IMG/VR virus record: IMGVR_UViG_3300018045_000005
Coordinates: 1-53,304 of that record
Length of the DNA: 53,304 nt
Reading direction: 5' to 3' (one strand)
DNA from: a virus
Lineage: Duplodnaviria > Caudoviricetes
The notes under the pieces: model-generated
What the model saw: only the letters and a program-made list of their open reading frames with translations
Database searches by the model: none
Told to the model about the DNA's origin: nothing
In this document: positions 43,601 through 53,028 of the stretch, in pieces
How the letters are laid out: the number at the start of each line of letters is the position of its first letter
Position numbering within the stretch: position 1 is the first letter of the stretch
Made by a program: the position numbers and the translations under genes

Positions 43601-44620
43601 TTAAAGTACAGTCGCAGTGAATGTAGCATTAGGGTTTGTTGGAACCATCAGAGGTGCCGATTGAGTCATAGTGTAGACCACTGAAGGGTCTTGCTGTAAC
43701 CACATCTTCGGGAACATCTCAACAGCTTGCATACTAGCCGCATCTTGAATTGCACCGAAACAACGTACACCTTGTACACCGCTAGATGTAAGAGCGATAG
43801 TACCAGCTTCCATTACAGGAACAGTAACACCTTGGTAATTTTCGTAAAGTTCATTATAAACCCACACTTCCAAGATAGCGCCTAGACGACCTTTATACTG
43901 AACAGGCATCCCGTTACCTACTGCTAAATCTAAACTCGCTGTTTGACCAGCCATTTTAGTATCTAGTAAAGCTTTAACTTCAGCATCCTTAGACATGATC
44001 TTCCATACCGAAGGTGTCACTGTCAAACGATCAGGAGCGAAACCAGATAACTCTTGAGTTTGATTAACCCAATCTTCAACATCGTCAACGATAGAAACAC
44101 CAGCTTCACCCCATTTAGAGCCTACAGCTAACGTTACTGTTTGACCAGCATCACGTCCAAAATCAACCACTGTCGTAGGGTAGTTATCACCAGAAACAGT
44201 GGCAGTACCTTTAAGTACAGCTTCAGAAGCCATAACTTCAAGACGACGATTAATCATCTCTTTTTCCATACGCATATTCTCACCAACAGCCGCGTTAAGA
44301 CGTTGCGCAGTGGATAAAGTACCACCAATGTCTTCACCAGCTAAACGCTTAAACTGTTTATTAGGATTAACAACATGTTTAGGTTTAACATAAGCTGGTG
44401 TAAAGCGATTAGTTGTATAACCCTGTTCCGTCATGATCTTACCTTGAGAGGTAGGAGCAACGAAAGGTGCTAGACGACGACCACCTTCAACTTTATCAAA
44501 ATCAATGTGTTCAGTATCAAAAGTCTGAACCATTGGGAAAAGTAAAGCTAACCAGTAGTTTGATACAGGTTTAATGTTACGTTGTACCGCCATAAGGGTA
44601 GTAGTATCGTAAATATTCAT
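43601..44620 (-). CDS. Major capsid protein (lambda gpE family)
   Basis: RRLAPFVAP, F.PAYVKPK, RRLE.MA, VDFGR, MTQSAPL. Confidence 0.95.
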   Translation of the reverse strand: MNIYDTTTLMAVQRNIKPVSNYWLALLFPMVQTFDTEHIDFDKVEGGRRLAPFVAPTSQGKIMTEQGYTTNRFTPAYVKPKHVVNPNKQFKRLAGEDIGGTLSTAQRLNAAVGENMRMEKEMINRRLEVMASEAVLKGTATVSGDNYPTTVVDFGRDAGQTVTLAVGSKWGEAGVSIVDDVEDWVNQTQELSGFAPDRLTVTPSVWKIMSKDAEVKALLDTKMAGQTASLDLAVGNGMPVQYKGRLGAILEVWVYNELYENYQGVTVPVMEAGTIALTSSGVQGVRCFGAIQDAASMQAVEMFPKMWLQQDPSVVYTMTQSAPLMVPTNPNATFTATVL

Positions 44621-44637
44621 TGTAAATATTCCTTTAA

Positions 44638-45012
44638 TTAACCGCTATAAGCAGGTGTTGTTAGTACGATGTTTGATCCGGTGAAAGCTACCGCTTTATG
44701 AACATCAGTGAAAGACGCATCCCACACTAACTTAGCTGGGTCAAATACACCACCTACGTAAGCAGGTGCAGATACAGCACCACCAGAAGCATCAACAGCT
44801 TCAGTTAAGATTGCAACAGGAACTTGAGAACCATCAGTAGCAGTCTGAACAGATTGAATATATTCACCTGTAGTTGTTACTTGACCTAACACCGTCAATG
44901 CCGCTAAAGCACCCGTCGTGATAGTCAATGAATTGGTTACAAGATCAGCTTCACCAGAAATATGCTCAGATACAGCCTGAGTGAAGGTTTCGTTAGAGGC
45001 TAGTTTAGTCAT
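44638..45012 (-). CDS. Head decoration protein (gpD family)
   Basis: TVLG.VT, DGSQ.P.AIL, Y..G.F....L.W. Confidence 0.88.
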   Translation of the reverse strand: MTKLASNETFTQAVSEHISGEADLVTNSLTITTGALAALTVLGQVTTTGEYIQSVQTATDGSQVPVAILTEAVDASGGAVSAPAYVGGVFDPAKLVWDASFTDVHKAVAFTGSNIVLTTPAYSG

Positions 45013-45023
45013 GCCAATACTCC

Positions 45024-45422
45024 TTATTTAACGCCAGTGGCAGTGTTGAGATCAGCTAAGATCGAATCAGAGTCAGACATTCCAGTGTCACCTGCTGAAT
45101 CTTCAGCTTCAATGTTAGGGTTACCTGTCGCATCCATAGCGGCACCAAAACCCTGAGAGTCATCTTCAGCCTTAACAGTTTCGGTAGCTGAATTACCTAG
45201 AATACCGATAGCGGCTTCAACACTCATATCAGTATCATACGCTAAATGAGCCGCCAAAGTAGAACGATCATTAGCTTCATCAGAACCCATGATTGCTTTA
45301 ATTCGGTTACGCTCATTAACAGCACCTTCTTGTTTCATAGCTGTTGCATCAACAACCACTTCGACCGTAGCACCTTCAGGTGTGGAAGCCTTATCTTCTT
45401 GCTTTTGTGTATTGGCACTCAT
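45024..45422 (-). CDS. Nested in-frame scaffolding protein (Nu3-like)
   Basis: GGAGGT RBS 6 nt before the internal ATG (MSANTQKQ...ERNRIKAI). Confidence 0.7.
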   Translation of the reverse strand: MSANTQKQEDKASTPEGATVEVVVDATAMKQEGAVNERNRIKAIMGSDEANDRSTLAAHLAYDTDMSVEAAIGILGNSATETVKAEDDSQGFGAAMDATGNPNIEAEDSAGDTGMSDSDSILADLNTATGVK

Positions 45423-46226
45423 ACCGATACCTCCGTTATTATCATTTAACAATTTATCCGCAAACATAGCGTATGCTTCCACGGGAGCCATAACCATGTC
45501 AACTAACCCAACTTCAACAGCACTGTCAGCATCGTACAGTCCAGCCTTAGTATCTCTTACAACCGAAGCTTCGATATTTCTACCATCAGCTACAGCATCA
45601 ACAAATAGATTATATGATTTATCTAATCTGCCTTCAATTCGTTTTTGTGCGGCTTCACTCAAAGCTTCAAACGGGTTACCATCAACTTTGAATTCACCGG
45701 AGTATAACATTTTAACTTCATAACCTGCATCTTCATACGCTTTCGACATATTAACATGCATTGTAACCACACCGATACTACCGACACCGCCAGCTTTAGG
45801 AACAGTAATCATATTAGCGGCTGAAGCTAATAGGTATGCGGCTGAATAAGCTGAAGCATCTACAATGGCGATATTCGGTTTAGTCATCGCTTTAATACGA
45901 TCTGATGACTCAAACGCACCGTTGACCATACCACCACCGGACTGAATATCAAAAACTACACCGTCGATAGTATCATCAGCTTCAGCCGCATCGATAGCCG
46001 CATTAATGAAATCATAACCAGTATAGTAACCGTTGATATGAAAATTACTACGGTGTGCTAAATACCCGTGAATCGGGATGATAGCAATGTTAACACCTGT
46101 CTCAAACGATTCAACAGTGTACGTAGTCAAAGCTTGACTCATATCAATATTCTGTAGAATATCATCCACTGACGAAGCATATTCTGGTGCTAATAAAGCA
46201 ATCTGATTATTTACTTTAGGTTGCAT
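45024..46226 (-). CDS. S49 family head maturation protease with C-terminal scaffold (gpC/Nu3-like)
   Basis: SGGG, AYSAAY.LAS, GSIGV, GEFKVDGNP. Start moved to ATG 46226 after AGAGGA. Confidence 0.93.
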   Translation of the reverse strand: MQPKVNNQIALLAPEYASSVDDILQNIDMSQALTTYTVESFETGVNIAIIPIHGYLAHRSNFHINGYYTGYDFINAAIDAAEADDTIDGVVFDIQSGGGMVNGAFESSDRIKAMTKPNIAIVDASAYSAAYLLASAANMITVPKAGGVGSIGVVTMHVNMSKAYEDAGYEVKMLYSGEFKVDGNPFEALSEAAQKRIEGRLDKSYNLFVDAVADGRNIEASVVRDTKAGLYDADSAVEVGLVDMVMAPVEAYAMFADKLLNDNNGGIGMSANTQKQEDKASTPEGATVEVVVDATAMKQEGAVNERNRIKAIMGSDEANDRSTLAAHLAYDTDMSVEAAIGILGNSATETVKAEDDSQGFGAAMDATGNPNIEAEDSAGDTGMSDSDSILADLNTATGVK

Positions 46227-47808
46227 CTGGTAATTCCTCTTTAGGATCATTGATACCACTTACGATAATGATACCTTTATCTTCGATAATTTTTTGTTCG
46301 CGTTCAAGCTGGGCGAAAATGTCTCTAAAGTCATTACCCAACTTAGCTGATTCGATTTCATAAGTAGATAGACCACCTTGAATTCGCATTAGAGCGGCTT
46401 TAGTTTCTTTCAATGGATCAATTTGAGCATCAGACGCACCGATCCAAGTACAACCTGTCAAGGCATCTTTGATAAGACCTTGATAAAAATCTTTAGTCTT
46501 GAAACCAGAAGGTAGTAATAAACCACCGCTATGCAACTTCTCTTCAAACCAAAGTTGGTAAATGATCGTAGCGAAAGGATCAGCAAACATTTTCTTACGA
46601 GCCTTCATGTGCTTACCAGTTTCACCAATAGCCGCACGAGCAGAAGAGTAGTTAGTTTGAGTGAAATCTTTAGCGAACTGTTCATAACTTAACCCTAAAG
46701 GTGCCGCTACATGACGTAATAACGATTGTTCAAAGTTATCGCCAACACCACCTGGTTCACTCGCGTTCTGAAGATGTAATTTTTGACCAGGCCATAAATG
46801 AGGGATTCTAGCACCATCGATATTAATGTTATTAGAACTACCCATGTAAGCCGCCACTTGAGCCATATAGTCACTAGCGGCAGTGCTTTCACTACCAGCA
46901 CCTAACTGTTCATACGTTGCGGCAGGGGGTAATTCAGACTCAATGGTGGCGGCAAAAGTAGCGTTCATAACAGCATTTTGCAAGACGACATCTTTATACT
47001 TTTTAGTCATCTTCATTTCTTTAAGAGCCGCAACGATAGGTGCTACTGCTCTCGTCTGAGACGCTCTATTCTGCTCATATAAATGAATGACTTGACGACG
47101 ACCCCAAGGCTTACGAGTAGCAATTCTCTTCCATTTATAAGCGTCGGCACCGATCATCCCATCAGAAGCGTGTGATGTACGAATATGGTGATGAGTGGCG
47201 GCACCGTATCGATCTTTCTCAACACCCGCTATTAAACGAGGGCTATCAGATACACCATTAGGGTTACTCAAACGATCAACATCAATCATTTGAATAGCGG
47301 TGTTCATTGGTCTGCCGCCAGTTTTAATCCACTCAGCAGTTGCTAAAATTTCACCACTGAAGGTCGATGTACCCACACCTAATCTGATTAAGTCAGTGAA
47401 ACTATTTACTCTTTGAGCATCAATCCAGTTATCAGGACTTTCACCCCATAAAGTGAATTCAGTCTCAACCATCTCTTGAAATTCGATTAACCATGATTCA
47501 TCAAACGCTTTATTAAAACGCTTTAGATAATCTAACTTAGGTTTAACGTTCAGAGTGAATTGAGAACCGACGATACTATCTTTATGAGTATCAATCGCAC
47601 CAGCAACATAACCATCATTACGCATTAAATCTCTTGCACGAGAGTCAATAATAATTTTATCACCGGATAATTCACGGTCTGCTGACATACTAGGTGGTTG
47701 CCAAAGTGCGATTTCTTGAGATGTACGACTAGCACCTTCATAGGCACCACCGACCATCTCTTTCACTTCACCAGATGTTGTAATTTTGAAATGAGGTTTA
47801 GTAGACAT
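46216..47808 (-). CDS. Portal protein, lambda family
   Basis: YEGAS, SRARDL.RND, Q.R, NYSSAR, IDPLKE. Confidence 0.95.
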   Translation of the reverse strand: MSTKPHFKITTSGEVKEMVGGAYEGASRTSQEIALWQPPSMSADRELSGDKIIIDSRARDLMRNDGYVAGAIDTHKDSIVGSQFTLNVKPKLDYLKRFNKAFDESWLIEFQEMVETEFTLWGESPDNWIDAQRVNSFTDLIRLGVGTSTFSGEILATAEWIKTGGRPMNTAIQMIDVDRLSNPNGVSDSPRLIAGVEKDRYGAATHHHIRTSHASDGMIGADAYKWKRIATRKPWGRRQVIHLYEQNRASQTRAVAPIVAALKEMKMTKKYKDVVLQNAVMNATFAATIESELPPAATYEQLGAGSESTAASDYMAQVAAYMGSSNNINIDGARIPHLWPGQKLHLQNASEPGGVGDNFEQSLLRHVAAPLGLSYEQFAKDFTQTNYSSARAAIGETGKHMKARKKMFADPFATIIYQLWFEEKLHSGGLLLPSGFKTKDFYQGLIKDALTGCTWIGASDAQIDPLKETKAALMRIQGGLSTYEIESAKLGNDFRDIFAQLEREQKIIEDKGIIIVSGINDPKEELPDAT

Positions 47809-48017
47809 TAAAAGAAACCTTTTAAAGCACCAGGATGTGAACTGGTGGAATTAATACTAGCTTCTAAAGAACTAATATATTGTTGGAGACGAAAAGCAGT
47901 GGTTGAATTATACTCAACTCTTTCACCGTTTTGATCAACATACACTTTAGCTTTTTGACCTGTCATCAATAAATGATATTCAGTTTTAGCTTCCTGTAAT
48001 TGTTCCAATAAAGTCAT
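47808..48017 (-). CDS. Head completion protein (gpW-like)
   Basis: YHLLMTG....V.....GERVEY....L..YI..LE. Confidence 0.9.
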   Translation of the reverse strand: MTLLEQLQEAKTEYHLLMTGQKAKVYVDQNGERVEYNSTTAFRLQQYISSLEASINSTSSHPGALKGFF

Positions 48018-50092
48018 TAGCCTAAAATTCCACCTAGTTCTTTAGCCGTACTATATACTTTTTGTTTTTTAGGTGCAAGGTCATTATCTTCATTCTCACT
48101 AAATACTAAAGAGTTTTTATTCCACTCACTAGCCCATAAAGGGGGTGAATCCCAATTAAAATACTCAATACGTAAATGAAAGCAAACAGCGAAAAAGTAA
48201 ACTATTAAATCTAAAGACTCATTTCGTAACTTTTTAGGGTTGGTCCATTTACCATCAATGTCACGTTGTTCGGCTATTAATTCAGGATAGAAACTATCTG
48301 GTAAAGCTGAAGTAAATCGGATCATACCACCTGGTTCTAATCTATCTAACGCATTATCCACATGGTCTTTAATCTTATTAGTATTGATCATCATAACTGG
48401 GATTTGACCACTAAATTGAGGTTTAACACCTTTAATAGCATTATCAGGGTATGTCACTTCAGTACGTGGTGAATTAGGTCTAGGTTTACCTTTCGCTAAT
48501 AGGAACTTACCAGCTTTACCTTCAGATTTTAATTTCAACCAATAATTATAAACCATACTGGTAACACCTTTAACACCACCGGAGTCACACATCGTGGCTT
48601 TAATGTACATTCTACGACCACTATCATCAGCCAACTCATAAGAAGCATCAATAACTTCTTCTGTCAAAATATCCCAATCTTCAAGATACGATCCTGGCTG
48701 TACCCACAATCTATCACCGTCATCGTCAACTCGGTTCGACTTCTTGATATTAAAACGATCAATTACAATCGAATCAAAAACTAAACCTTTAGACGGGGGT
48801 GCCAATACACCATGAACCTGAACAACCCAATGGTTCTTCTGAACATCGACTGTAGCCACTAGAAATCTAACACCCTCCGGTACAACAGGGTAATCATCAG
48901 CATCAAACTGTTCGACTCGATCTTTTAAATCTTCAGCCGTTCTATCAGAACCTAAACCTCTAGGGAAGTAAGGCTCACCCTGATCAGTGTTAACTGTAGT
49001 TTTTAAAGCACCTTGATCACCAGTTTGCTCAAATTCTTTTTCAGCCTTGATATAGTTAGTAACAAGAGTCTTCCATGAAGCGAATGATGCCGCAACCCCC
49101 ATTAGCCAGAATGAAGCAATATCCGATCTCTCACGTTCCCCATCCAACTCACCGTGATCATTTACAGACATACCATCCGGCACCCATAAACCACTTTTGT
49201 TCAATTCATATTTTGAATCGTGTTGGGTCAAACTTGCACAGTGTGGGCACATCATCTTAGCTGATTCAGCACTTTCAATAATATCGTTACTATCAACCCA
49301 TTTTAATAATTCAAATTTAGGCTCGTAAAAAGTACCGCAATGATCGCAAGGCCAATACCATCTACGACGATCTCCACGGTTGTAAAGAGAAAGAATACCT
49401 TTAGACGGAGGTGCTTCGTGCTTACTATTAGGGATGTAGTTGATGTCGGTAACTTCATGACCAGGTGACGATTCAGCAAGGGTCATAGCATAACTACCAA
49501 AAGTAGTTGTACGTTTACGAGCCAAATCAAACGGTGAACCTTCGTTATCAATGTTCAAAGCCATACGGTCATAATCCGTCAAAGCAACTTTACCGATAGG
49601 TCTACCTGACATCTCATTGATGGTAGGCCAACTTAACGTCAACATCATTCCGGAAGTGTAATGTTTATCATGAGTGTTATCGGAATCTGAACGTTGCATT
49701 AAACGTTTACCGACTTCAGGTGAATGACGATGTAAACGGTCAATACGACGCTTTGAGAAGTCGCGGGCAACACCTTGGGAAGTCTGATAAAGAATCATGT
49801 CAGCAGGGTCACACGTCACCGTATGAGCCACCCAGTTAACTAGAAGTGCATCGGTCTTACCTGACTGAGCAGGACCAACAAATATCTCAGCAATGTAATC
49901 TCTACTTGCCAACACATCCATTGGTTCAACCATATAAGGGGTGGTCTCATTCTTCCAAGGACCAACATAAGCACCAGGGTTATTTACCAATCGATATTTA
50001 CTGGCGGCTTCAGAAACTTCTAAACGCTCAGACGGCTCTAATATCTGTACAACATCTTTCAAAAGGTCATTGAAATTACCATAATTATTCAT
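48017..50092 (-). CDS. Terminase large subunit (lambda GpA family)
   Basis: TPYM.EPMD, AQSGKT, LTDYD, EGSP..LA.KRTTTF, CxxC pairs, VDVQ, RNE.LD. Start could be GTG 50104. Confidence 0.95.
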   Translation of the reverse strand: MNNYGNFNDLLKDVVQILEPSERLEVSEAASKYRLVNNPGAYVGPWKNETTPYMVEPMDVLASRDYIAEIFVGPAQSGKTDALLVNWVAHTVTCDPADMILYQTSQGVARDFSKRRIDRLHRHSPEVGKRLMQRSDSDNTHDKHYTSGMMLTLSWPTINEMSGRPIGKVALTDYDRMALNIDNEGSPFDLARKRTTTFGSYAMTLAESSPGHEVTDINYIPNSKHEAPPSKGILSLYNRGDRRRWYWPCDHCGTFYEPKFELLKWVDSNDIIESAESAKMMCPHCASLTQHDSKYELNKSGLWVPDGMSVNDHGELDGERERSDIASFWLMGVAASFASWKTLVTNYIKAEKEFEQTGDQGALKTTVNTDQGEPYFPRGLGSDRTAEDLKDRVEQFDADDYPVVPEGVRFLVATVDVQKNHWVVQVHGVLAPPSKGLVFDSIVIDRFNIKKSNRVDDDGDRLWVQPGSYLEDWDILTEEVIDASYELADDSGRRMYIKATMCDSGGVKGVTSMVYNYWLKLKSEGKAGKFLLAKGKPRPNSPRTEVTYPDNAIKGVKPQFSGQIPVMMINTNKIKDHVDNALDRLEPGGMIRFTSALPDSFYPELIAEQRDIDGKWTNPKKLRNESLDLIVYFFAVCFHLRIEYFNWDSPPLWASEWNKNSLVFSENEDNDLAPKKQKVYSTAKELGGILG

Positions 50093-50717
50093 CCGATAAC
50101 ACACCTTGTTGTAAAGATTTAGTGGCTATGGAGTCAATACCGTCACTACCATCCTCACCTTGTATTAACGAGTTTTCAAATTTAGCAAATTCTTCACTAC
50201 TAACAAGTTTTCTAGCTGTCTCAATCAATAATTCATCAGACATATCTATAATCAAAGCACGTTGGGCTTCATCTAAACCTACTTCACGGTCAACCTTATC
50301 GGAAAATAAATTAACCGACGACCGGATGATCTTAAAAACTTCTGTTAAAGCGTCATAAATTTCTTCAGTACGCCATAAATCACCAGCCTTCTCTTCATAT
50401 TTTTGACGAGATAAAGCACTATCCCAAAACTCTTTACGAATTTTAACTGGTAATTTATGAGGTGGCATTTGTTCAATTAAACGCACAACCTGTTCATCAG
50501 TGGGGGCGGCTAACACACTGGCGGCATCTGCAATATCATAAACTGGGTAACTATTACGTTCACCAACAGGTTTAACACCAGCTAAACGCACCCCCACCGT
50601 CTTTTTATCAATTCTGAATAATTTGGCTAGTGCGGTTTTAGATAACCCTTCCATCAATGATACGGTAGCTTCCGAACTACGGTGATGTGCCGTAGCCCCA
50701 CTTTTATTTTCTGCCAT
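50085..50717 (-). CDS. Terminase small subunit (Nu1/DUF1441-like)
   Basis: N-terminal HTH (SKTALAKLFRIDKKTV); RKEFW...R..YE..AGDL; directly upstream of TerL. Confidence 0.88.
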   Translation of the reverse strand: MAENKSGATAHHRSSEATVSLMEGLSKTALAKLFRIDKKTVGVRLAGVKPVGERNSYPVYDIADAASVLAAPTDEQVVRLIEQMPPHKLPVKIRKEFWDSALSRQKYEEKAGDLWRTEEIYDALTEVFKIIRSSVNLFSDKVDREVGLDEAQRALIIDMSDELLIETARKLVSSEEFAKFENSLIQGEDGSDGIDSIATKSLQQGVLSDE

Positions 50718-52962
50718 TTAATAAAGGCTCCACTAATTTTTTAGTCTCAGCAATATAGAAATCATAATTTAAATTATCTCGATTGAAGGTAGACATATCG
50801 TTACATTCAGTACATAGCCAACCACCTTGAATTGAAGTAGTTGTCGGATAATATCGACTCTTATTCCCCGTGTGAATTCTAGCATCCCAAGGCATACCTG
50901 CCGTGTCTAAATCAACACCTTCAGGGTTGGAAATATTACGAATTTCATTCGACACTTGATTAAAGAATTCATCAGTCAATCCAGATCGACGCTTCCAACC
51001 ACCCTCAACGTATTTATCAGCCACGGGGATTACTTTCTTCAAATACCCACCTGTTTTAGATACATAATATCTAGTAGTACCCTGTAACTCTTCAGTTTCT
51101 ACAGCATATTCGATATTCAATACATTCGACCGCGGTATTTTAGTACGTAACATGAAGTCGTTAATATCTTCATGATTTTTAATAAACGTTTCAATATCTT
51201 CACCCCTAACCAAAGCGGCTTCAGCGGCCTTAGCAACCACGATCATACTACGGTTCTGGTGCCAACCTAAACGCCCATCATCTTCAACTTTCTTATGCTC
51301 GTAAGCACCGATTCGTTTAAGATCACCACTACCATCATACTCTGCGATATAGTTGTTCACATCTCTAACAAACATTCTTGAATATTCAGCACGTTCCAAT
51401 TCTAGTTTGGTTAAAGTTTCCCACCATTTACAGACCGCATGAACATGATCCTTATAAATACGAGGATATTTAATAGTCAAACCATCAGTATTAATTTGCA
51501 CCATTTCAAGACTTGGTGTTTTGATCAACTGATCAGCCAACATACACAGTGATAATTGACCATTAATAGTGATGGACATTGTATATAAAGGGTCATAGAA
51601 CGGTGAATATTGATTGTTAGAGTCACCGTAAACACCATTCAAAGCAAGTTTTAACATACCGTTTTCAGTAGGGTGAGTCTTCTTCGGGAACTGCTTACGC
51701 TGAAGATAAACACCTTCATAAATATCACAGAACTCTTCCCCTAAATGAGCAGGGTAAAGACGGTTTGAAATACCTAAATTCGGGTAATAACTAGCGACAT
51801 CCCAATCTTCTAAAATATAATCTTCATCAGCGTGAACAATTTGGGATTCAACAGACCCGTGAATACCACCTGTACCAAAATCATATTGGAAACCGTCGAT
51901 AACACAGTTTAAACCGGACTTATCTTTTAAACCACTTACCATTTTAATATTAGGATATTGACTCATCACATCTAGTATTTGAGGGCATTGACTTAAATAC
52001 ACGTAGCCAGATTTACGTTTCAACCCTAAAGATTCTCGATCCGCTGAAGTAACACCTTTCAACTGAATAACAGATTGATCCATCATTTTAGCCATAGCAG
52101 GTGTTACATCAACATATTCAAATACACCTTTAGTTTTGTTGATAACTTTCTTATTCAACCAATCCAAAACCATGTTGAAAGCAGGGTGTTCAAAACTTAC
52201 ATACGGTAACACGACCCCACCTAATGAAATCATAGCACGAGGGGTTTGAAGTGGGATTTTACGATTAGTAACTGGGTCTTTACCGAAGCACTTAATTCCT
52301 GACGCTTCAAGTTCCATAATGAAAAAATCTTTACCGATTTTAGTGTCATTATGGTTCATAAAATCCCGACCGTATTTCTCAGTCAATTCAACTCGAAATT
52401 TAATCTGTTTCATCGAATGTTTAAGAAATGATTTAGTTTCACCAACATCATGTTTGTTATATCTTAAAGTCACGTCTTTCGCGTAATCATCTAACACTGT
52501 GCCAGGTTTATAAGGTAAATCAATAATATTCTCAGAACTCATATTGAATTCTAAAATCTTAAGACTTGTCGCACGAGCCTTATTATCGAAGTGATGGATT
52601 TTAAATAAATCTATTTGTTTAATGAATCTATCATTAGGCCAAATCATCTGATTAAAACCACCAAAACCATCAATAATACTCTGTGACTTCTGATACAAAC
52701 CTTGATACCCGATAGTCGGGTCTTTCATGAATTCATGCATTATTGGGTAATCAAAATTCAAATTATTATAACCGACCAGTACATGATTATCGTTAGCTAA
52801 CCATGTAAGAAAATTGAATAAGTATGTGGAATCATCTCGACGATCACTTATCTCAAAAGTGTAAACATCACCAGTCGAAAAGTTATCAAAAACTACCGAA
52901 AAGAAATTAGGGTATATTTCTTCATCATAAACCCACAATTTTAGTAAATCTAACAAATTCAA
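50704..52962 (-). CDS. Family B DNA polymerase with 3'-5' exonuclease
   Basis: YDEE, GYNN..FD, YN.HDV (exonuclease); DVASYYPN, KLALNGVYG, NTDG, DVNNY; TTG start after AGAGG. Confidence 0.93.
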   Translation of the reverse strand: MNLLDLLKLWVYDEEIYPNFFSVVFDNFSTGDVYTFEISDRRDDSTYLFNFLTWLANDNHVLVGYNNLNFDYPIMHEFMKDPTIGYQGLYQKSQSIIDGFGGFNQMIWPNDRFIKQIDLFKIHHFDNKARATSLKILEFNMSSENIIDLPYKPGTVLDDYAKDVTLRYNKHDVGETKSFLKHSMKQIKFRVELTEKYGRDFMNHNDTKIGKDFFIMELEASGIKCFGKDPVTNRKIPLQTPRAMISLGGVVLPYVSFEHPAFNMVLDWLNKKVINKTKGVFEYVDVTPAMAKMMDQSVIQLKGVTSADRESLGLKRKSGYVYLSQCPQILDVMSQYPNIKMVSGLKDKSGLNCVIDGFQYDFGTGGIHGSVESQIVHADEDYILEDWDVASYYPNLGISNRLYPAHLGEEFCDIYEGVYLQRKQFPKKTHPTENGMLKLALNGVYGDSNNQYSPFYDPLYTMSITINGQLSLCMLADQLIKTPSLEMVQINTDGLTIKYPRIYKDHVHAVCKWWETLTKLELERAEYSRMFVRDVNNYIAEYDGSGDLKRIGAYEHKKVEDDGRLGWHQNRSMIVVAKAAEAALVRGEDIETFIKNHEDINDFMLRTKIPRSNVLNIEYAVETEELQGTTRYYVSKTGGYLKKVIPVADKYVEGGWKRRSGLTDEFFNQVSNEIRNISNPEGVDLDTAGMPWDARIHTGNKSRYYPTTTSIQGGWLCTECNDMSTFNRDNLNYDFYIAETKKLVEPLLNGRK

Positions 52963-52990
52963 TACCTCTTTAATATGGATAATTACTTAC

Positions 52991-53016
52991 GATACGCACT
53001 CGTTAAAATGCGTATC
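52991..53016 (-). other. Intergenic hairpin between SSB and polymerase (no U tract)
   Basis: gatacgca...tgcgtatc. Confidence 0.6.
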
Positions 53017-53028
53017 AGATGTAACTAT

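Noticed and set aside
1405-50358. Opposite-strand or nested shadow ORFs in the track (e.g. 1405-1704, 2008-2412, 5707-5967, 38644-38955, 40504-40851, 45289-45723)
   Set aside because: They lie wholly within well-supported genes, lack RBSs and look like antisense by-products of codon bias.
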